Source: Patescibacteria group bacterium (lineage in GTDB: Bacteria; Patescibacteriota; Minisyncoccia; Phycocordibacterales; PALSA-1337). Taken from it: DNA of 64,000 bases. The notes under the pieces were generated by a model. That model saw only the letters and a list, made by a program, of their open reading frames with translations, was not told the DNA's origin and searched no databases. Of this stretch, positions 26,211 to 36,223 are shown one piece after another. A program made the position numbers and the translations under genes. The stretch spans positions 13,193 to 77,192 of the forward strand of contig JBBTYL010000002.1 of NCBI GenBank assembly GCA_038061795.1. The letters run 5' to 3'. Each line of letters begins with the position of its first letter. Positions within the stretch are counted from its first letter, which is position 1.

Positions 26211-27047
26211 TTACCTCCTCCACCTCGCGAAAATTCCGCATGGCAGAAGTCTTTTTGTTACTGTTTCCTCAAGAGTCAGTTCCCCTATCTCGATAGACCC
26301 TCCGAATTTTTCGACGAGAACCTGAAGCACGTTCCTATAAGCAATCGCAGAGTAGCCTGCGGAATATCCATTTATGATAAAAAATAACGGCTTGTCTTTC
26401 AAAAGTTTTATGCAATCCTCAACTAACGGCAAAAAATCCTCTTCAATTTTCCAAACTTCCTTATTCGCCCCGTGGCCGAAAGCCGGAGGGTCCATGATAA
26501 TTCCATCATATTTGTTTCCTCGCTTCACTTCCCGTCCAACAAATATTCGCGCATCCTCGAGAATCCAACGAATGGGCTTATCGACAAGACCAGACAATTC
26601 TGCATTTTCTCTCGCCCAAGCGATAGCTGATTTCGAACCGTCGATATGAACGACTTTTGCTCCTACTTGTGCGCAGGCAAGCGATGCACCTCCCGTATAC
26701 CCAAAGAGATTGAGAACATCGGCCCCCTCATTTCCTTTCAGAACATCTCTCATCCAATCCCAATTCACCGCCTGTTCCGGAAAGATTCCTGTATGCTTGA
26801 ATGCCGTCGGCTTTATCCAGAATTTCAGTCCGCCATGCTCGATCTGCCACTTATCAGGCTTTTCCTTCTTGTATTTCCAATCTCCTCCTGCCTCTGTACG
26901 CGTAAAGTAACCATCGGCGGCTTTCCACTGACTTTCAGGTAGATGTTTCCTCCATAGGGCTTGCGGATCAGGACGTGCAAGCACCGTCGAGCCGAATCTC
27001 TCAAGCTTTTCGCCGTCGCCAGAATCTATCAATTTATAGCCTTTCAT
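26211..27047 (-). CDS. Class I SAM-dependent methyltransferase (RlmI/RlmK-like)
   Basis: HTGIFPEQ, VLNLFGYTG, DPPAF. Confidence 0.88.
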   Translation of the reverse strand: MKGYKLIDSGDGEKLERFGSTVLARPDPQALWRKHLPESQWKAADGYFTRTEAGGDWKYKKEKPDKWQIEHGGLKFWIKPTAFKHTGIFPEQAVNWDWMRDVLKGNEGADVLNLFGYTGGASLACAQVGAKVVHIDGSKSAIAWARENAELSGLVDKPIRWILEDARIFVGREVKRGNKYDGIIMDPPAFGHGANKEVWKIEEDFLPLVEDCIKLLKDKPLFFIINGYSAGYSAIAYRNVLQVLVEKFGGSIEIGELTLEETVTKRLLPCGIFARWRR

Positions 27048-27113
27048 AGTGCTTCAAATCGTAGCACATATATTGTTATTTATACACGTTTGGGCTATAG
27101 TTTCCATACGAAT

Positions 27114-28340
27114 ATGGCATTTTACTCCTCAACCATACTTTACATAGCGCTTTTTTTCGGCCTGTATTACCAAATCTTTCTTTTGGTGACCTTTTTTGAA
27201 AAAGAAGAAGAAAATAGCCCTCTCGGAAAAAAGAAATACGAACCGACAGTCACGATAATTGTTCCATGTTTCAACGAAGCAAAGACCGTGACAAAGACCG
27301 TTCTCTCCCTGCTGGCCCTTGATTATCCAAAAGAAAAGCTTTTCATCACCATCGTTGACGACGGCAGCACTGACTCAACCTACCAGGAAGCATCGAAAAT
27401 AGCTCATCTCGGCAACATACACATCATCAGACAGGAAAACTCTGGGAAGTATGTCGCGCTGAATAAGGGCATAGGAGCGTCCGAGTCGGAAATAGTCGGT
27501 TGCCTCGACGCCGACTCTGCCGTAGCCCCAGGAACTCTCTTAAAAATGCTTCCTTATTTCTTGCAAGATAAAGTGGTTGCTGTGACTCCGGCAATGAAAG
27601 TTCATGACCCCAAAACGCTGCTTCAGAAGATCCAGAATGCAGAATACAACATCGGCATCCTGCTCAAGAAGATCATGGGCAAGCTTGACGCGATACACGT
27701 GACGCCTGGACCATTTTCGCTCTTCAAAAAATCCGTCTTCAAGGAAATCGGGTACTTCCGGCACGCGCATAACACCGAAGACATGGAGATAGCCTTCAGA
27801 ATACAGAACCATCATTACAGGATCGCCAACTGCCCCCAAGGGTTCGTCTACACCATTACTCCGCCGACATTCAGGAAGCTCTATAAGCAAAGGGTGCGCT
27901 GGACATACGGCTTCTTGAAGAATGCCATAGATTACAAACATATGTTCTTCAACAAGAAATATGGAAATATAGGAACACTCACCCTACCCTTCGCCATCAT
28001 CTCGGTAATCACCGCCTTCCTGATCATCGGAAACAGCCTTTATCACTTTTCGTCCTATGTTGTTGAAAATATCCAGAGGTATATGGTTGCGGGAGTGACA
28101 TTCGATTGGTTTTCCTTCGATGTTTTCTTCCTTAACACAAGCTCGATCGCTTTATTGACCTTTATCATGTTATGCAGTAGCTTTAGCATCATTCTCTTGG
28201 CTTGGAGGATGGCTGAAGGTAAAACGAAAATCACTCGAGACATCGTATACTTCATCACGCTATACGGCTTCATCGCGCCATTATGGCTCGCAAAGGCTTC
28301 ATGGAATACGATTGCCTCGAAAGCCGTCTCCTGGAGGTAA
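27114..28340 (+). CDS. Processive membrane glycosyltransferase family 2
   Basis: VPCFNE, DDGSTD, DAD, TED, QRVRW motifs; TM helices; start at MAFYSS. Confidence 0.92.
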   Translation: MAFYSSTILYIALFFGLYYQIFLLVTFFEKEEENSPLGKKKYEPTVTIIVPCFNEAKTVTKTVLSLLALDYPKEKLFITIVDDGSTDSTYQEASKIAHLGNIHIIRQENSGKYVALNKGIGASESEIVGCLDADSAVAPGTLLKMLPYFLQDKVVAVTPAMKVHDPKTLLQKIQNAEYNIGILLKKIMGKLDAIHVTPGPFSLFKKSVFKEIGYFRHAHNTEDMEIAFRIQNHHYRIANCPQGFVYTITPPTFRKLYKQRVRWTYGFLKNAIDYKHMFFNKKYGNIGTLTLPFAIISVITAFLIIGNSLYHFSSYVVENIQRYMVAGVTFDWFSFDVFFLNTSSIALLTFIMLCSSFSIILLAWRMAEGKTKITRDIVYFITLYGFIAPLWLAKASWNTIASKAVSWR

Positions 28341-28358
28341 CGCAAAACCTAGAACCTT

Positions 28359-29045
28359 ATGGTTTCAAAGAAAAAATACATCATCGTCTTCCTGATTACT
28401 GCTGGAATATTCGCAGTAGCTTTTATCGTGAGCAATTATCTAAATGATAAGAGATATGAGGTCATAAAGACGACTGCGGACAAGATTTCCATAGACATCC
28501 TGTCTCTCGAGACCCAATTCGAGCTTTTTCAGGAATCCTCATGCGCCTCCCTCGCCAACCCAGTGCTGTCCGACGAGATCAATGCGCTTGCCGACAGGCT
28601 CTCATACGCTGAAAATCAGCGCGGTATAGATGATGATGACGTGATAACGCTCAAGAAATATTATTCCCTCCTTGAGATAAAGGACTACCTCGTCATGAAG
28701 AAAGTCGACAAAAGGTGTGATGTCAATCCGATTTCGATACTTTATTTTTACACCAACGACGAAGGCTGCGAAGACTGTGCGAAGCAGGGTTATGTGCTCA
28801 CGAAACTGCGAAGCGACTATCCCCTTCTAAGGATATACAGCTTCGACTACGACCTCGATTTGAATGCGATCAGGACGCTTACTACTATCAGCAAAATACC
28901 GAAGGATCAGCTGCCAGCTATAGTCATAGAGGGAAAAACTTATACGAAATTCCAAAGCGTTGAGGATATAAGGAAAATCATTCCTGAGTTGACTGCAACA
29001 AGTTCTGCGACCTCAACACAAGCCACAACGACACAGAAAAAATAG
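28359..29045 (+). CDS. Membrane-anchored protein with thioredoxin-like CxxC domain
   Basis: N-terminal TM; LYFY....CEDC; P.IVI.G. Confidence 0.6.
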   Translation: MVSKKKYIIVFLITAGIFAVAFIVSNYLNDKRYEVIKTTADKISIDILSLETQFELFQESSCASLANPVLSDEINALADRLSYAENQRGIDDDDVITLKKYYSLLEIKDYLVMKKVDKRCDVNPISILYFYTNDEGCEDCAKQGYVLTKLRSDYPLLRIYSFDYDLDLNAIRTLTTISKIPKDQLPAIVIEGKTYTKFQSVEDIRKIIPELTATSSATSTQATTTQKK

Positions 29046-29463
29046 AAAGTGAGATCACCGCAGAAACGACGCAATACTGACAGAACGCTTTGATGGCAAA
29101 AACCATGATATACATGAAAGCGAGCGAGGCTAGAGCGCCAAAAACCGACAGAAGCGCCGGTATCCTCAGGAAAATCTCCTTTTTTGTGTCAAGGTAAAGC
29201 ATAAGCAAGACAACAAAGACGAGGTAGTTCAAAGACCCGATTAACGAAACGGGAATGCCAAATATTTGCGCATACTGACTTGTCAAAACGGACTCGCATC
29301 CCCCGATAGTGCACGGCGGGATTTCGTTTTTGTAGTGCTCGATAGTCAGATATGTCGCATCGGCAAAGCCGATAAGCGCTAGCACAAGCAAAGCTATCGG
29401 AATCCACTTAGGAATTCGTTGCGGCTGCAGCGGCGTCGTCAATAATTTTCTTAAATTCTTCAT
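28978..29463 (-). CDS. Vitamin K epoxide reductase (VKOR) family protein
   Basis: C....CESVLTS.YA..FGIP, C-terminal CQYC; next to DsbA. Confidence 0.9.
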   Translation of the reverse strand: MKNLRKLLTTPLQPQRIPKWIPIALLVLALIGFADATYLTIEHYKNEIPPCTIGGCESVLTSQYAQIFGIPVSLIGSLNYLVFVVLLMLYLDTKKEIFLRIPALLSVFGALASLAFMYIMVFAIKAFCQYCVVSAVISLSIFSVSLWLVLRSQNLLQSTQE

Positions 29464-30064
29464 ATCCTTGAGGATTGCTTATTTTTTTACCGTTAACATA
29501 AAATGTCGGCGTGCTGTTAATCCCTGCCTTTAGTCCGCTTTTGATATCGGCATCAATTGCATCACTAACTTCCTTTGAGTCAACATCCTCAGCGTATTTT
29601 GCCATATCAAGACCAAGCTTCTTGGCATATCCAGAAAAGACCGGTTTTATGTCAGTCACTGATTCCCACTCTGTCTGCGTCTCAAAAATCATTCCGTACA
29701 TCTCCCAGAACTTGCCCTGATTTCCTGCAGCTTCAGCAGCCTCTGAAGCTGGTATCGCATTGCCGTGCTGCGGCAGCGGAAAATGTCGGTATACGAAACG
29801 CACGAAGGGATTTTCAGCGACAAGCTTTTCCATGACGGGAAAATATGCGGCACATGCTGGGCACTGGAAGTCGCTGTATTCGATTATGGTTACAAGAGAC
29901 GATGTTGCTGCACCCTTTACCCAATCAGTATCAGTTACCTGATCGACTGCGGCGACTCCTGCGCTTTCCCTCTCAGCCTTATTGGAGGCCGCAACCATTC
30001 CCCAGACGATAAGTCCTATGACAACAATAAATCCTCCCCATGTGAATATTCGTTTCATGTTCAT
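29408..30064 (-). CDS. DsbA-family thiol-disulfide oxidoreductase
   Basis: EYSDFQCPAC, RHFPL, TPTFYVNG; N-terminal TM. Confidence 0.92.
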   Translation of the reverse strand: MNMKRIFTWGGFIVVIGLIVWGMVAASNKAERESAGVAAVDQVTDTDWVKGAATSSLVTIIEYSDFQCPACAAYFPVMEKLVAENPFVRFVYRHFPLPQHGNAIPASEAAEAAGNQGKFWEMYGMIFETQTEWESVTDIKPVFSGYAKKLGLDMAKYAEDVDSKEVSDAIDADIKSGLKAGINSTPTFYVNGKKISNPQGYEEFKKIIDDAAAAATNS

Positions 30065-30083
30065 TTGATTAGTTACTGGAGCA

Positions 30084-30656
30084 TTATAGCAGATGCGAGA
30101 ATTCAATCAAAAGATAGATGCCAAGCATGTTCATCGCTAAAGCGACCGGGATTAGTACGATAAGGCGGACCTTCGACATTCCCAAGAGGGTTATGCCAAA
30201 CTCATCAGGCAGCGGCGAGGCAATAATCAGCGCACCCAGAAGCGGCGAGAGCCATCTTAGGAAACCAAAATGAAGGGATTTGAGAATATGCCTTACTGTC
30301 GACGGCTTCACAGCTCTCATTAGATCACTAGCGAAACGATCCCTGATAAAGAAAAAAAGGATTAGGTCTCCACACATCGCTCCGAGCCCTCCCCATAGTG
30401 CGACTCCGTGAATCGGGGAATTCTGCGCGATATGAACAAGGGCAACCGACGATGGGGCGAGCGTAAAAGCCGAGGTAAAGAATATTCCTGCGATGAAACT
30501 CGCGAAAATGTAGTAATCCTCGAGAGCATAGACAGCGAAATCAATCGCCCCAACCCTAGAAAGAATGACAGCGATCGCTATTCCGAAAGCGATCATGACC
30601 ACATCGCGCAAAAGCGCGCTACCGTCCCTTTTTCCGTCTTTTTTTCTTTTACTCAT
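30084..30656 (-). CDS. Hypothetical integral membrane protein
   Basis: Multiple TM segments, GD...F and SPLPDE (DedA/VTT-like). Confidence 0.65.
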   Translation of the reverse strand: MSKRKKDGKRDGSALLRDVVMIAFGIAIAVILSRVGAIDFAVYALEDYYIFASFIAGIFFTSAFTLAPSSVALVHIAQNSPIHGVALWGGLGAMCGDLILFFFIRDRFASDLMRAVKPSTVRHILKSLHFGFLRWLSPLLGALIIASPLPDEFGITLLGMSKVRLIVLIPVALAMNMLGIYLLIEFSHLL

Positions 30657-31092
30657 GATGATATCTTTCGCCCCTTAGTATGCTAAAACCCCTGTATATC
30701 TGCTCAGCAAGAATGCTTCTGACGAGTTCGTGCGGAAACACGAGGGAGGATAGCGACCAGGAGAATTGAGCTTTTTCTTTTATCGGATCACTAATTCCAT
30801 ATGCTCCACCAATCACAAAGACTAGATTTTTTATGCTTTCATTAAGTCTCTTGCCAAGAAAATCTGAAAATCCCAGCGATGTAAGCTGCTTGCCTTTTTC
30901 ATCAAGAACGACGACGTACGATTTTTCTGGAATTGCTTTGAGTATTTTTTCGCCTTCGTTCTTAATATCCGAAACAGGTATGAACTTCCATTCTATCGGC
31001 GAGTAATGCGATATTCTCGATGCATATTCCAATGCGACATCCTCACCAAGATATCCTTTGGATTTTCCTGGAGAAATGATGGTTATATTCAT
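30649..31092 (-). CDS. rlmH: 23S rRNA (pseudouridine1915-N3)-methyltransferase
   Basis: LDEKGK, FVIGGAYG, FPHELVR.IL.EQIYR, YH; start at MNITIIS. Confidence 0.95.
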   Translation of the reverse strand: MNITIISPGKSKGYLGEDVALEYASRISHYSPIEWKFIPVSDIKNEGEKILKAIPEKSYVVVLDEKGKQLTSLGFSDFLGKRLNESIKNLVFVIGGAYGISDPIKEKAQFSWSLSSLVFPHELVRSILAEQIYRGFSILRGERYHHE

Positions 31093-31093
31093 A

Positions 31094-31993
31094 TTAGAGA
31101 GCGTCACTTGCCTCTTCCGCCAAATCTCGTGCTTCATTGGCCAAATCTTCAGCTTCAGCATAGTCTTCGTCGTCAAACGCTGAACGCGCATCGTCATATT
31201 TTTCCCTTGCTTCATCATAAAAATCCTGCGCTTCGTCGATATCGTCCCCATCGTCGTCCGCATCGGATATGTCGGCTCGCGAATCAGAAATCGCTTCCTT
31301 GGCATCAGCGATCGCGTCCTCCGCGTCCCCTTTGCTTCCGCTGCTCAAATCTTCAGTGGAGTCCTCAGCGTATTTTTTCGCCCTGTTCGCAAGCACGGTC
31401 GCTTCTTCATAATCCTCGTCTATGAATGCGTAGAGTGCATCGAGAAGCTTGTCTTCTGCTTTCTTGACTGTTTCTTCAGCATCATCTATCAGACTTTGAT
31501 CGTCATCAGCATCATCGATATCGTCTTTGGCGGTTTCTATGGCCTTCTTCACTGCCTTAAGTGCATCGAGAGTCTTCTTTTCTGTAGAAGAAACTGAGAC
31601 GATCGGCTTCTCAACTATCGTGGTCGTTGTCGTAACTGCCCCAATCGGAGTCGCTGTTATCCCTGCTGCTTCTGTATCATATAGCGAACGAGAAAGTGGT
31701 CCGAAATACCCCTTTCCGGATGTGACGCTCTTGGATGTCTGCCACTTCGCAAGGGCCTCTTTTGTCTTTTCGCCGAACATATTCGTTTCGCTGCCTGACG
31801 ATCCTATTCCGCTTGACGCGACCGTATAACCCTTTTTATTCAAAAATTTTTGAAGGCATCGCACATCTTCGCCGATGATTCCGACTTCGAGATCGCGTGT
31901 AAAGACGCACTTATCATCGGCGTTTGTAATAGATGGGATAATAATGATTGTAAATGCCACAAAAGCACCAGCGAATATGTTTATCTTTTTCAT
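31094..31993 (-). CDS. Secreted peptidoglycan-binding-domain protein with acidic helical C-terminus
   Basis: Signal peptide; FTRDL.VG..GEDVR.LQKFLN, FG.KT..AL..WQ, GYFGPLSR; D/E/A-rich repeats. Confidence 0.8.
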   Translation of the reverse strand: MKKINIFAGAFVAFTIIIIPSITNADDKCVFTRDLEVGIIGEDVRCLQKFLNKKGYTVASSGIGSSGSETNMFGEKTKEALAKWQTSKSVTSGKGYFGPLSRSLYDTEAAGITATPIGAVTTTTTIVEKPIVSVSSTEKKTLDALKAVKKAIETAKDDIDDADDDQSLIDDAEETVKKAEDKLLDALYAFIDEDYEEATVLANRAKKYAEDSTEDLSSGSKGDAEDAIADAKEAISDSRADISDADDDGDDIDEAQDFYDEAREKYDDARSAFDDEDYAEAEDLANEARDLAEEASDAL

Positions 31994-32000
31994 GCGATTA

Positions 32001-32903
32001 TTATATCACAGTGAAAAAACGAAGGAATGTCGCTGGATCAATCGATATCCCATTAATTTTAATGCTTATATGAAGATGTGCGGCCTCTGCATAGCCGGTT
32101 TTCCCGCTCAAGCCAAGTATCTGACCAGTCTTAACGATATCGCCCTCTTTGATATCAAGCTTTGACATATGCATATAGAAGCTTTGAATACCAAATCCGT
32201 GATCGATAACGACTGTATTTCCATATACCGTAAACATTCGAGCTATCCTGACCACACCATTATTTAAGGCCTTCACCTCAGTACCCTCCTCCGCCCTGAA
32301 ATCGGTTCCCTTGTGCACGATCGTTGAGTTAACCGTCTTCCTATCATAACCGTAATCATCAGTGATGAAAATTGATTGCAACGGCAATCCGAACTTTTCT
32401 GTCCACAATTGTTTTTGCTCGGATTTAACACTATTTAGGATTGCATTTTCTTTTGCTAAATTATTTATAAGGGCTTTCTCTGCAGCTGGTGTGTTTCCTC
32501 CAAGTTTCTCTGGGATGCCGAGCGGCCGCTCTATCTTTTCCCTCAAAGTAAAGGTGACCGGTTCTACGATGACCATTCCGTTCGACAAGGTAACCTCGAC
32601 TTCATGCTCTAGATCCTTTTCGTTGAAATCAATCGGAACAAAAACACTAGATTTTCCTTCGAAGGATAGAATCGGCAGGTCTCTGCCATCAAAAGAAATA
32701 CGATTAGGAGAGGAGGTCGCAGTAACAGTTATCATGATCGGGTCACCTGGAAGAATGATCTCTGGCGAAACCATTACGGATTTAATGGACGTCGGTTTTG
32801 TAGTAGCTTCTTGGATAAGAATACTGTTCTCTGATTTGGTCATTAGAAAAAGGATAAAAATTATGATTGAGAGGATTATGATTTTCATAAGGAGGTTTTT
32901 CAT
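32001..32903 (-). CDS. M23 family metallopeptidase
   Basis: HKGTD, YGN.V.IDHG, Y.H, HLH. Confidence 0.92.
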   Translation of the reverse strand: MKNLLMKIIILSIIIFILFLMTKSENSILIQEATTKPTSIKSVMVSPEIILPGDPIMITVTATSSPNRISFDGRDLPILSFEGKSSVFVPIDFNEKDLEHEVEVTLSNGMVIVEPVTFTLREKIERPLGIPEKLGGNTPAAEKALINNLAKENAILNSVKSEQKQLWTEKFGLPLQSIFITDDYGYDRKTVNSTIVHKGTDFRAEEGTEVKALNNGVVRIARMFTVYGNTVVIDHGFGIQSFYMHMSKLDIKEGDIVKTGQILGLSGKTGYAEAAHLHISIKINGISIDPATFLRFFTVI

Positions 32904-33059
32904 GGTCTTATTCTAGCATCTAATCGCTTTCGTTATGCCATGATTGTCTCTATAAGTCCACGAAAGAAATGCCTGCGAGAGCCGTCAGTTATCGCGGGGG
33001 TCTAATGCACTCCACCATTATCAGCTTATTTATCAGCCTAATTACATATAAACAAAATT

Positions 33060-34352
33060 ATGAGAAATAACATTTTTTCAGCTGTCATTTTGACAGCCCT
33101 TGTGGCGTCGATAGCCCTGTCTCCTGCAGGAGCATCAGCCCAAACAAAAAAGAACCGGCCGCCGGTCATCAATGGCATAAGTTCTCCGACAGTGCTCAAT
33201 GTGGACGCTGAAGGAACTTGGACCATAAAAGCCTACGACCCAGAAAACAGCAGCCTGAGCTACTCCGTGGACTGGGGAGATGAAGAAAATAACTTCCGAA
33301 CAACAATGCTTGGAAGGAAAGCAGAATTTTCCCAAAGTGCCTCATTCAGCCACTCATACGCTGACGCTGGGACATACAATGTCAAATTTGCCGTCAAGGA
33401 TGATTCCGGGGCCACGGCAAAGTCATCTGTGACTGTCCGTGTAGGAAAAAAATCAAGCAGTTCGCTAAAAATAAGCGATGTTTCAGCAACCTCAACCAAG
33501 CCGAATCGTGCTACGGTAACTTGGAATACAGATATAAAATCAAATTCCGTCCTCTGGTTAAGCACGAAGCCATCGATTGATACCTCGAAAAAGCCTTCGA
33601 TTTACAGGCCGGAACATAGGACCAAGCATAAGATAGAGCTCACCCGCCTCAATCCCGACACCACTTACTACGTTGTCGTGAAGTCATCGACAAAGAAAAA
33701 TAGCGCTATATCATCTGAGTTCTCATTCAAGACTCCTCCTCTCGCAAACTTGGCCCCAGTCATAAAAAGCATTGACGGGCCTAAATCCCTCGAAGTCGAG
33801 CAAGAGGGCACATGGACCCTAAACGCATACGATCCCAAGAATAGTCCTCTCTCATACTCCGTCGATTGGGGGGATGAAGGAGTAAGCGTAATGGCCCGCT
33901 TCTTCACAAAAGAGGATCCGTTCGTCCAGACTTCTACCTTCACCCATAGTTACGCGGAAGCTGGAACGTATGCCATAAAGTTCACAGCCAAGAACGAAGC
34001 CGGCAAGACTACAGAATCGACTGTAAAAGTCGAAGTGACCAAAGCAACTGATACGGTTGCTCCAGTCTTGAGCGCAATCACTACGCAATCAGTCGGTTCT
34101 GATCAGGCCACCATAACCTGGAACACTGATGAAGCTTCCGATTCAGCAATCTATTACTCTACGACGTCTCCCGTCATCCTTGATGATGAGGATACTGCGT
34201 CCGTGACAGATTCAAGCCTCGTCACAAGCCATTCCCTATCAGCCACCGACCTCGTCGCAAGCACGACGTATCACTTCCTTGTCCAATCAAAGGACTCTGC
34301 TGGAAACGCGGCAACTTCGAGCGAGTTCTCGCTGACGACAACTGGAATCTAG
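33060..34352 (+). CDS. Secreted surface protein with 2x (PKD-like + FN3-like) modules
   Basis: Signal peptide; duplicated EGTWT..AYDP.NS.LSYSVDWGDE and AT.TWNTD...L...TTY. Confidence 0.8.
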   Translation: MRNNIFSAVILTALVASIALSPAGASAQTKKNRPPVINGISSPTVLNVDAEGTWTIKAYDPENSSLSYSVDWGDEENNFRTTMLGRKAEFSQSASFSHSYADAGTYNVKFAVKDDSGATAKSSVTVRVGKKSSSSLKISDVSATSTKPNRATVTWNTDIKSNSVLWLSTKPSIDTSKKPSIYRPEHRTKHKIELTRLNPDTTYYVVVKSSTKKNSAISSEFSFKTPPLANLAPVIKSIDGPKSLEVEQEGTWTLNAYDPKNSPLSYSVDWGDEGVSVMARFFTKEDPFVQTSTFTHSYAEAGTYAIKFTAKNEAGKTTESTVKVEVTKATDTVAPVLSAITTQSVGSDQATITWNTDEASDSAIYYSTTSPVILDDEDTASVTDSSLVTSHSLSATDLVASTTYHFLVQSKDSAGNAATSSEFSLTTTGI

Positions 34353-34387
34353 GAGGCCCCCGCAGGAGTGCATCATAGGAATCAATG

Positions 34388-34420
34388 AAATCCCCGATTG
34401 CAGGTGCAGGCGGGGATTTC
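34388..34420 (+). terminator. Hairpin between convergent genes
   Basis: GAAATCCCCG...CGGGGATTTC. Confidence 0.55.
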
Positions 34421-34466
34421 TATTTATCTACCCCGGCTTTATTTCTTAATTCGTGGAAGTTTTTGT

Positions 34467-35009
34467 CTAAATTATATTAACTGGGTATAGGAAGTCACTC
34501 TTCTCAATTTGAATTTTCTTAACAAACTTGGTTCCTTTTCCATCTTGATCTTTTTTTGAATATTGCCAGTTGCTATTAGCATCTTTTTCAAACTCTTCGG
34601 AATTTTCAATTAAATATACGTAACCCGTATCCCCAATAGTATCTTCTTCTGGGCCTTCTATCGTCAAAACAAGATTTGATCTATTATCAATCACATTCAT
34701 TGGGTAGCTTAAATTTTTTGCATTATTAAGATATATAGCCTTGAGTATGGCTATTGCGGGGTCACTGGAAGCAAATAACACGCCCCTCCCCTGTGAAGTT
34801 ATTTGTTCAGAAAAAGATAAGTTATTTCTTGATCCATGGAAAAGAAAGTTATATTTTTCAGATAAATAATCTAAAAAGTTTTCAGTTGTTATTCCTTGTT
34901 CTTTAAGCTTAGACAAATCTTCGAGGGTTATTTCTTCTTTATCCGAAAATAACATGTAGAATCTTTCTAAAATTTGCCGACTATCAATCTTTTCGTCAAA
35001 TTTTTCCAT
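34467..35009 (-). CDS. Hypothetical protein
   Basis: 180-aa AT-rich ORF; LFHGS, FAS, GYVY motifs loosely reminiscent of ADP-ribosyltransferase folds. Confidence 0.6.
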   Translation of the reverse strand: MEKFDEKIDSRQILERFYMLFSDKEEITLEDLSKLKEQGITTENFLDYLSEKYNFLFHGSRNNLSFSEQITSQGRGVLFASSDPAIAILKAIYLNNAKNLSYPMNVIDNRSNLVLTIEGPEEDTIGDTGYVYLIENSEEFEKDANSNWQYSKKDQDGKGTKFVKKIQIEKSDFLYPVNII

Positions 35010-35014
35010 AATAT

Positions 35015-35644
35015 CTAAAGTATACCAGAATTCTTCTCTATTTCTTTCAAAATAACCTGCATATCGGCCATTTTTTCAAAATCAATGTTCGTCCTGTCCA
35101 AAACTATTAATTTTCCAGGGATTTTATCCTTTGAAAAAGCTTTGTTATGCATTTCTTGGTTCAGGACGATGTATTCATCCGAATAGATCTTGCCTGAATC
35201 AAAGTCCCTTTTGCCAAACCTAAGAAAATTCCTGGTATTTTCGGGACTGTTCTGAAGCAAAATAACCAGATCAGGCAAGCCCAATGATTGAGCGTCTATT
35301 TCAAAAATATCCTGGCAGATTTCTCTTTCAAAACCTTCGGTGAGGATAGGGATGTATGGCTCCAAACTCATCCAGAAAGTATCCATAACGACAATCCTCC
35401 CTTCTTTCTTGAGTGTTTCAGCTCTCATGTGATCTTTCACCATCTTGTTCCTAAACCATAGCATCCTCTCAAGCGGCCTTATGTTTTCTTTAATATCTTC
35501 CTTGAGGCGTGGTGGGAAATCCGCCTCTTCCCCCTCCAAGAGGACTTCGGCGCCGTAGTGCTGCGCCAATTTTTTAGCAAGAAAAGACTTACCTGCGCGT
35601 GGCGCGCCGACGATTGCAATAATTTTACCCTGGAGGTTTTTCAT
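35015..35644 (-). CDS. Deoxynucleoside kinase family P-loop protein
   Basis: IAIVGAPRAGKS, VMD, PDLVILL, R.FD. Confidence 0.75.
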   Translation of the reverse strand: MKNLQGKIIAIVGAPRAGKSFLAKKLAQHYGAEVLLEGEEADFPPRLKEDIKENIRPLERMLWFRNKMVKDHMRAETLKKEGRIVVMDTFWMSLEPYIPILTEGFEREICQDIFEIDAQSLGLPDLVILLQNSPENTRNFLRFGKRDFDSGKIYSDEYIVLNQEMHNKAFSKDKIPGKLIVLDRTNIDFEKMADMQVILKEIEKNSGIL

Positions 35645-35676
35645 AACGAAATCTCATTAATATATTTATATCAACA

Positions 35677-36222
35677 TTAGTCATCAAGATAATGCATCAT
35701 AATGTCGTACCCCTTCATCACATAATTATCCTTTTCAAGACCAAAGGTATTTTTTGCAAATTCGAACATTTTTTTCTGCATCTTTTCTCCATCCCCATCT
35801 TCGACCACTTGCTCTATTTCAATGAAGCTTCCCAGCCTTTCAACTTCATCAAGCGTAATTGTGTAATTCTTATACTTGGTCATCCGTCGCTTCTTCTTTA
35901 CCGTAACTCCAGGCAAATAATTGAACATCTTCATGATTGGAGCAATTTCTTCCGGATTATCTATCTGAATATTGTGCTCGATGCAATCCAATTCATTCTT
36001 AACTGGCTTCTTAACAGTAAAAGTATACTCGCCATTTTGAATCCTTAAGCGAGGATAAACCCATTCACCTATTTCTGGTTCGAACCATTTCACATCGTCC
36101 TTATGAATGAAATTCCTGTCTTCTTGAGTTTTCTGTTCAGAAATGACGCAACCCAATTCTTTCAGCTTGTTTTCAATTTGATCTAAATCAGGTGCCTTGA
36201 GTTTTATTTCGATTTCTCTCAT
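35677..36222 (-). CDS. CYTH domain (class IV adenylate cyclase-like / triphosphate tunnel) protein
   Basis: EIEIK, LRI, K.R, LD.V..LGSFIEIE, GY. Confidence 0.88.
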   Translation of the reverse strand: MREIEIKLKAPDLDQIENKLKELGCVISEQKTQEDRNFIHKDDVKWFEPEIGEWVYPRLRIQNGEYTFTVKKPVKNELDCIEHNIQIDNPEEIAPIMKMFNYLPGVTVKKKRRMTKYKNYTITLDEVERLGSFIEIEQVVEDGDGEKMQKKMFEFAKNTFGLEKDNYVMKGYDIMMHYLDD

Positions 36223-36223
36223 G

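Noticed and set aside
26961-27113. Extended N-termini given by the ORF track (GT2, dut, thyA, secE, rlmH, rplS, dedA, ruvX, rpsT, amidase, mutM)
   Set aside because: They overlap neighbouring genes or tRNAs; family N-termini and -10-N6-ATG signals indicate the later starts used here.
27114-30064. GT2 + CxxC protein converging on VKOR-DsbA as a novel system
   Set aside because: VKOR-DsbA is a known disulfide pathway and nothing in the sequence links it to the GT2 pair beyond adjacency.
31094-31530. D/E/A-rich low-complexity repeats
   Set aside because: Coding helical repeats with no exact DNA periodicity.
33200-34000. Internal repeat in the PKD/FN3 protein as a DGR TR/VR pair
   Set aside because: Differences are mostly synonymous and not adenine-specific; ordinary domain duplication.
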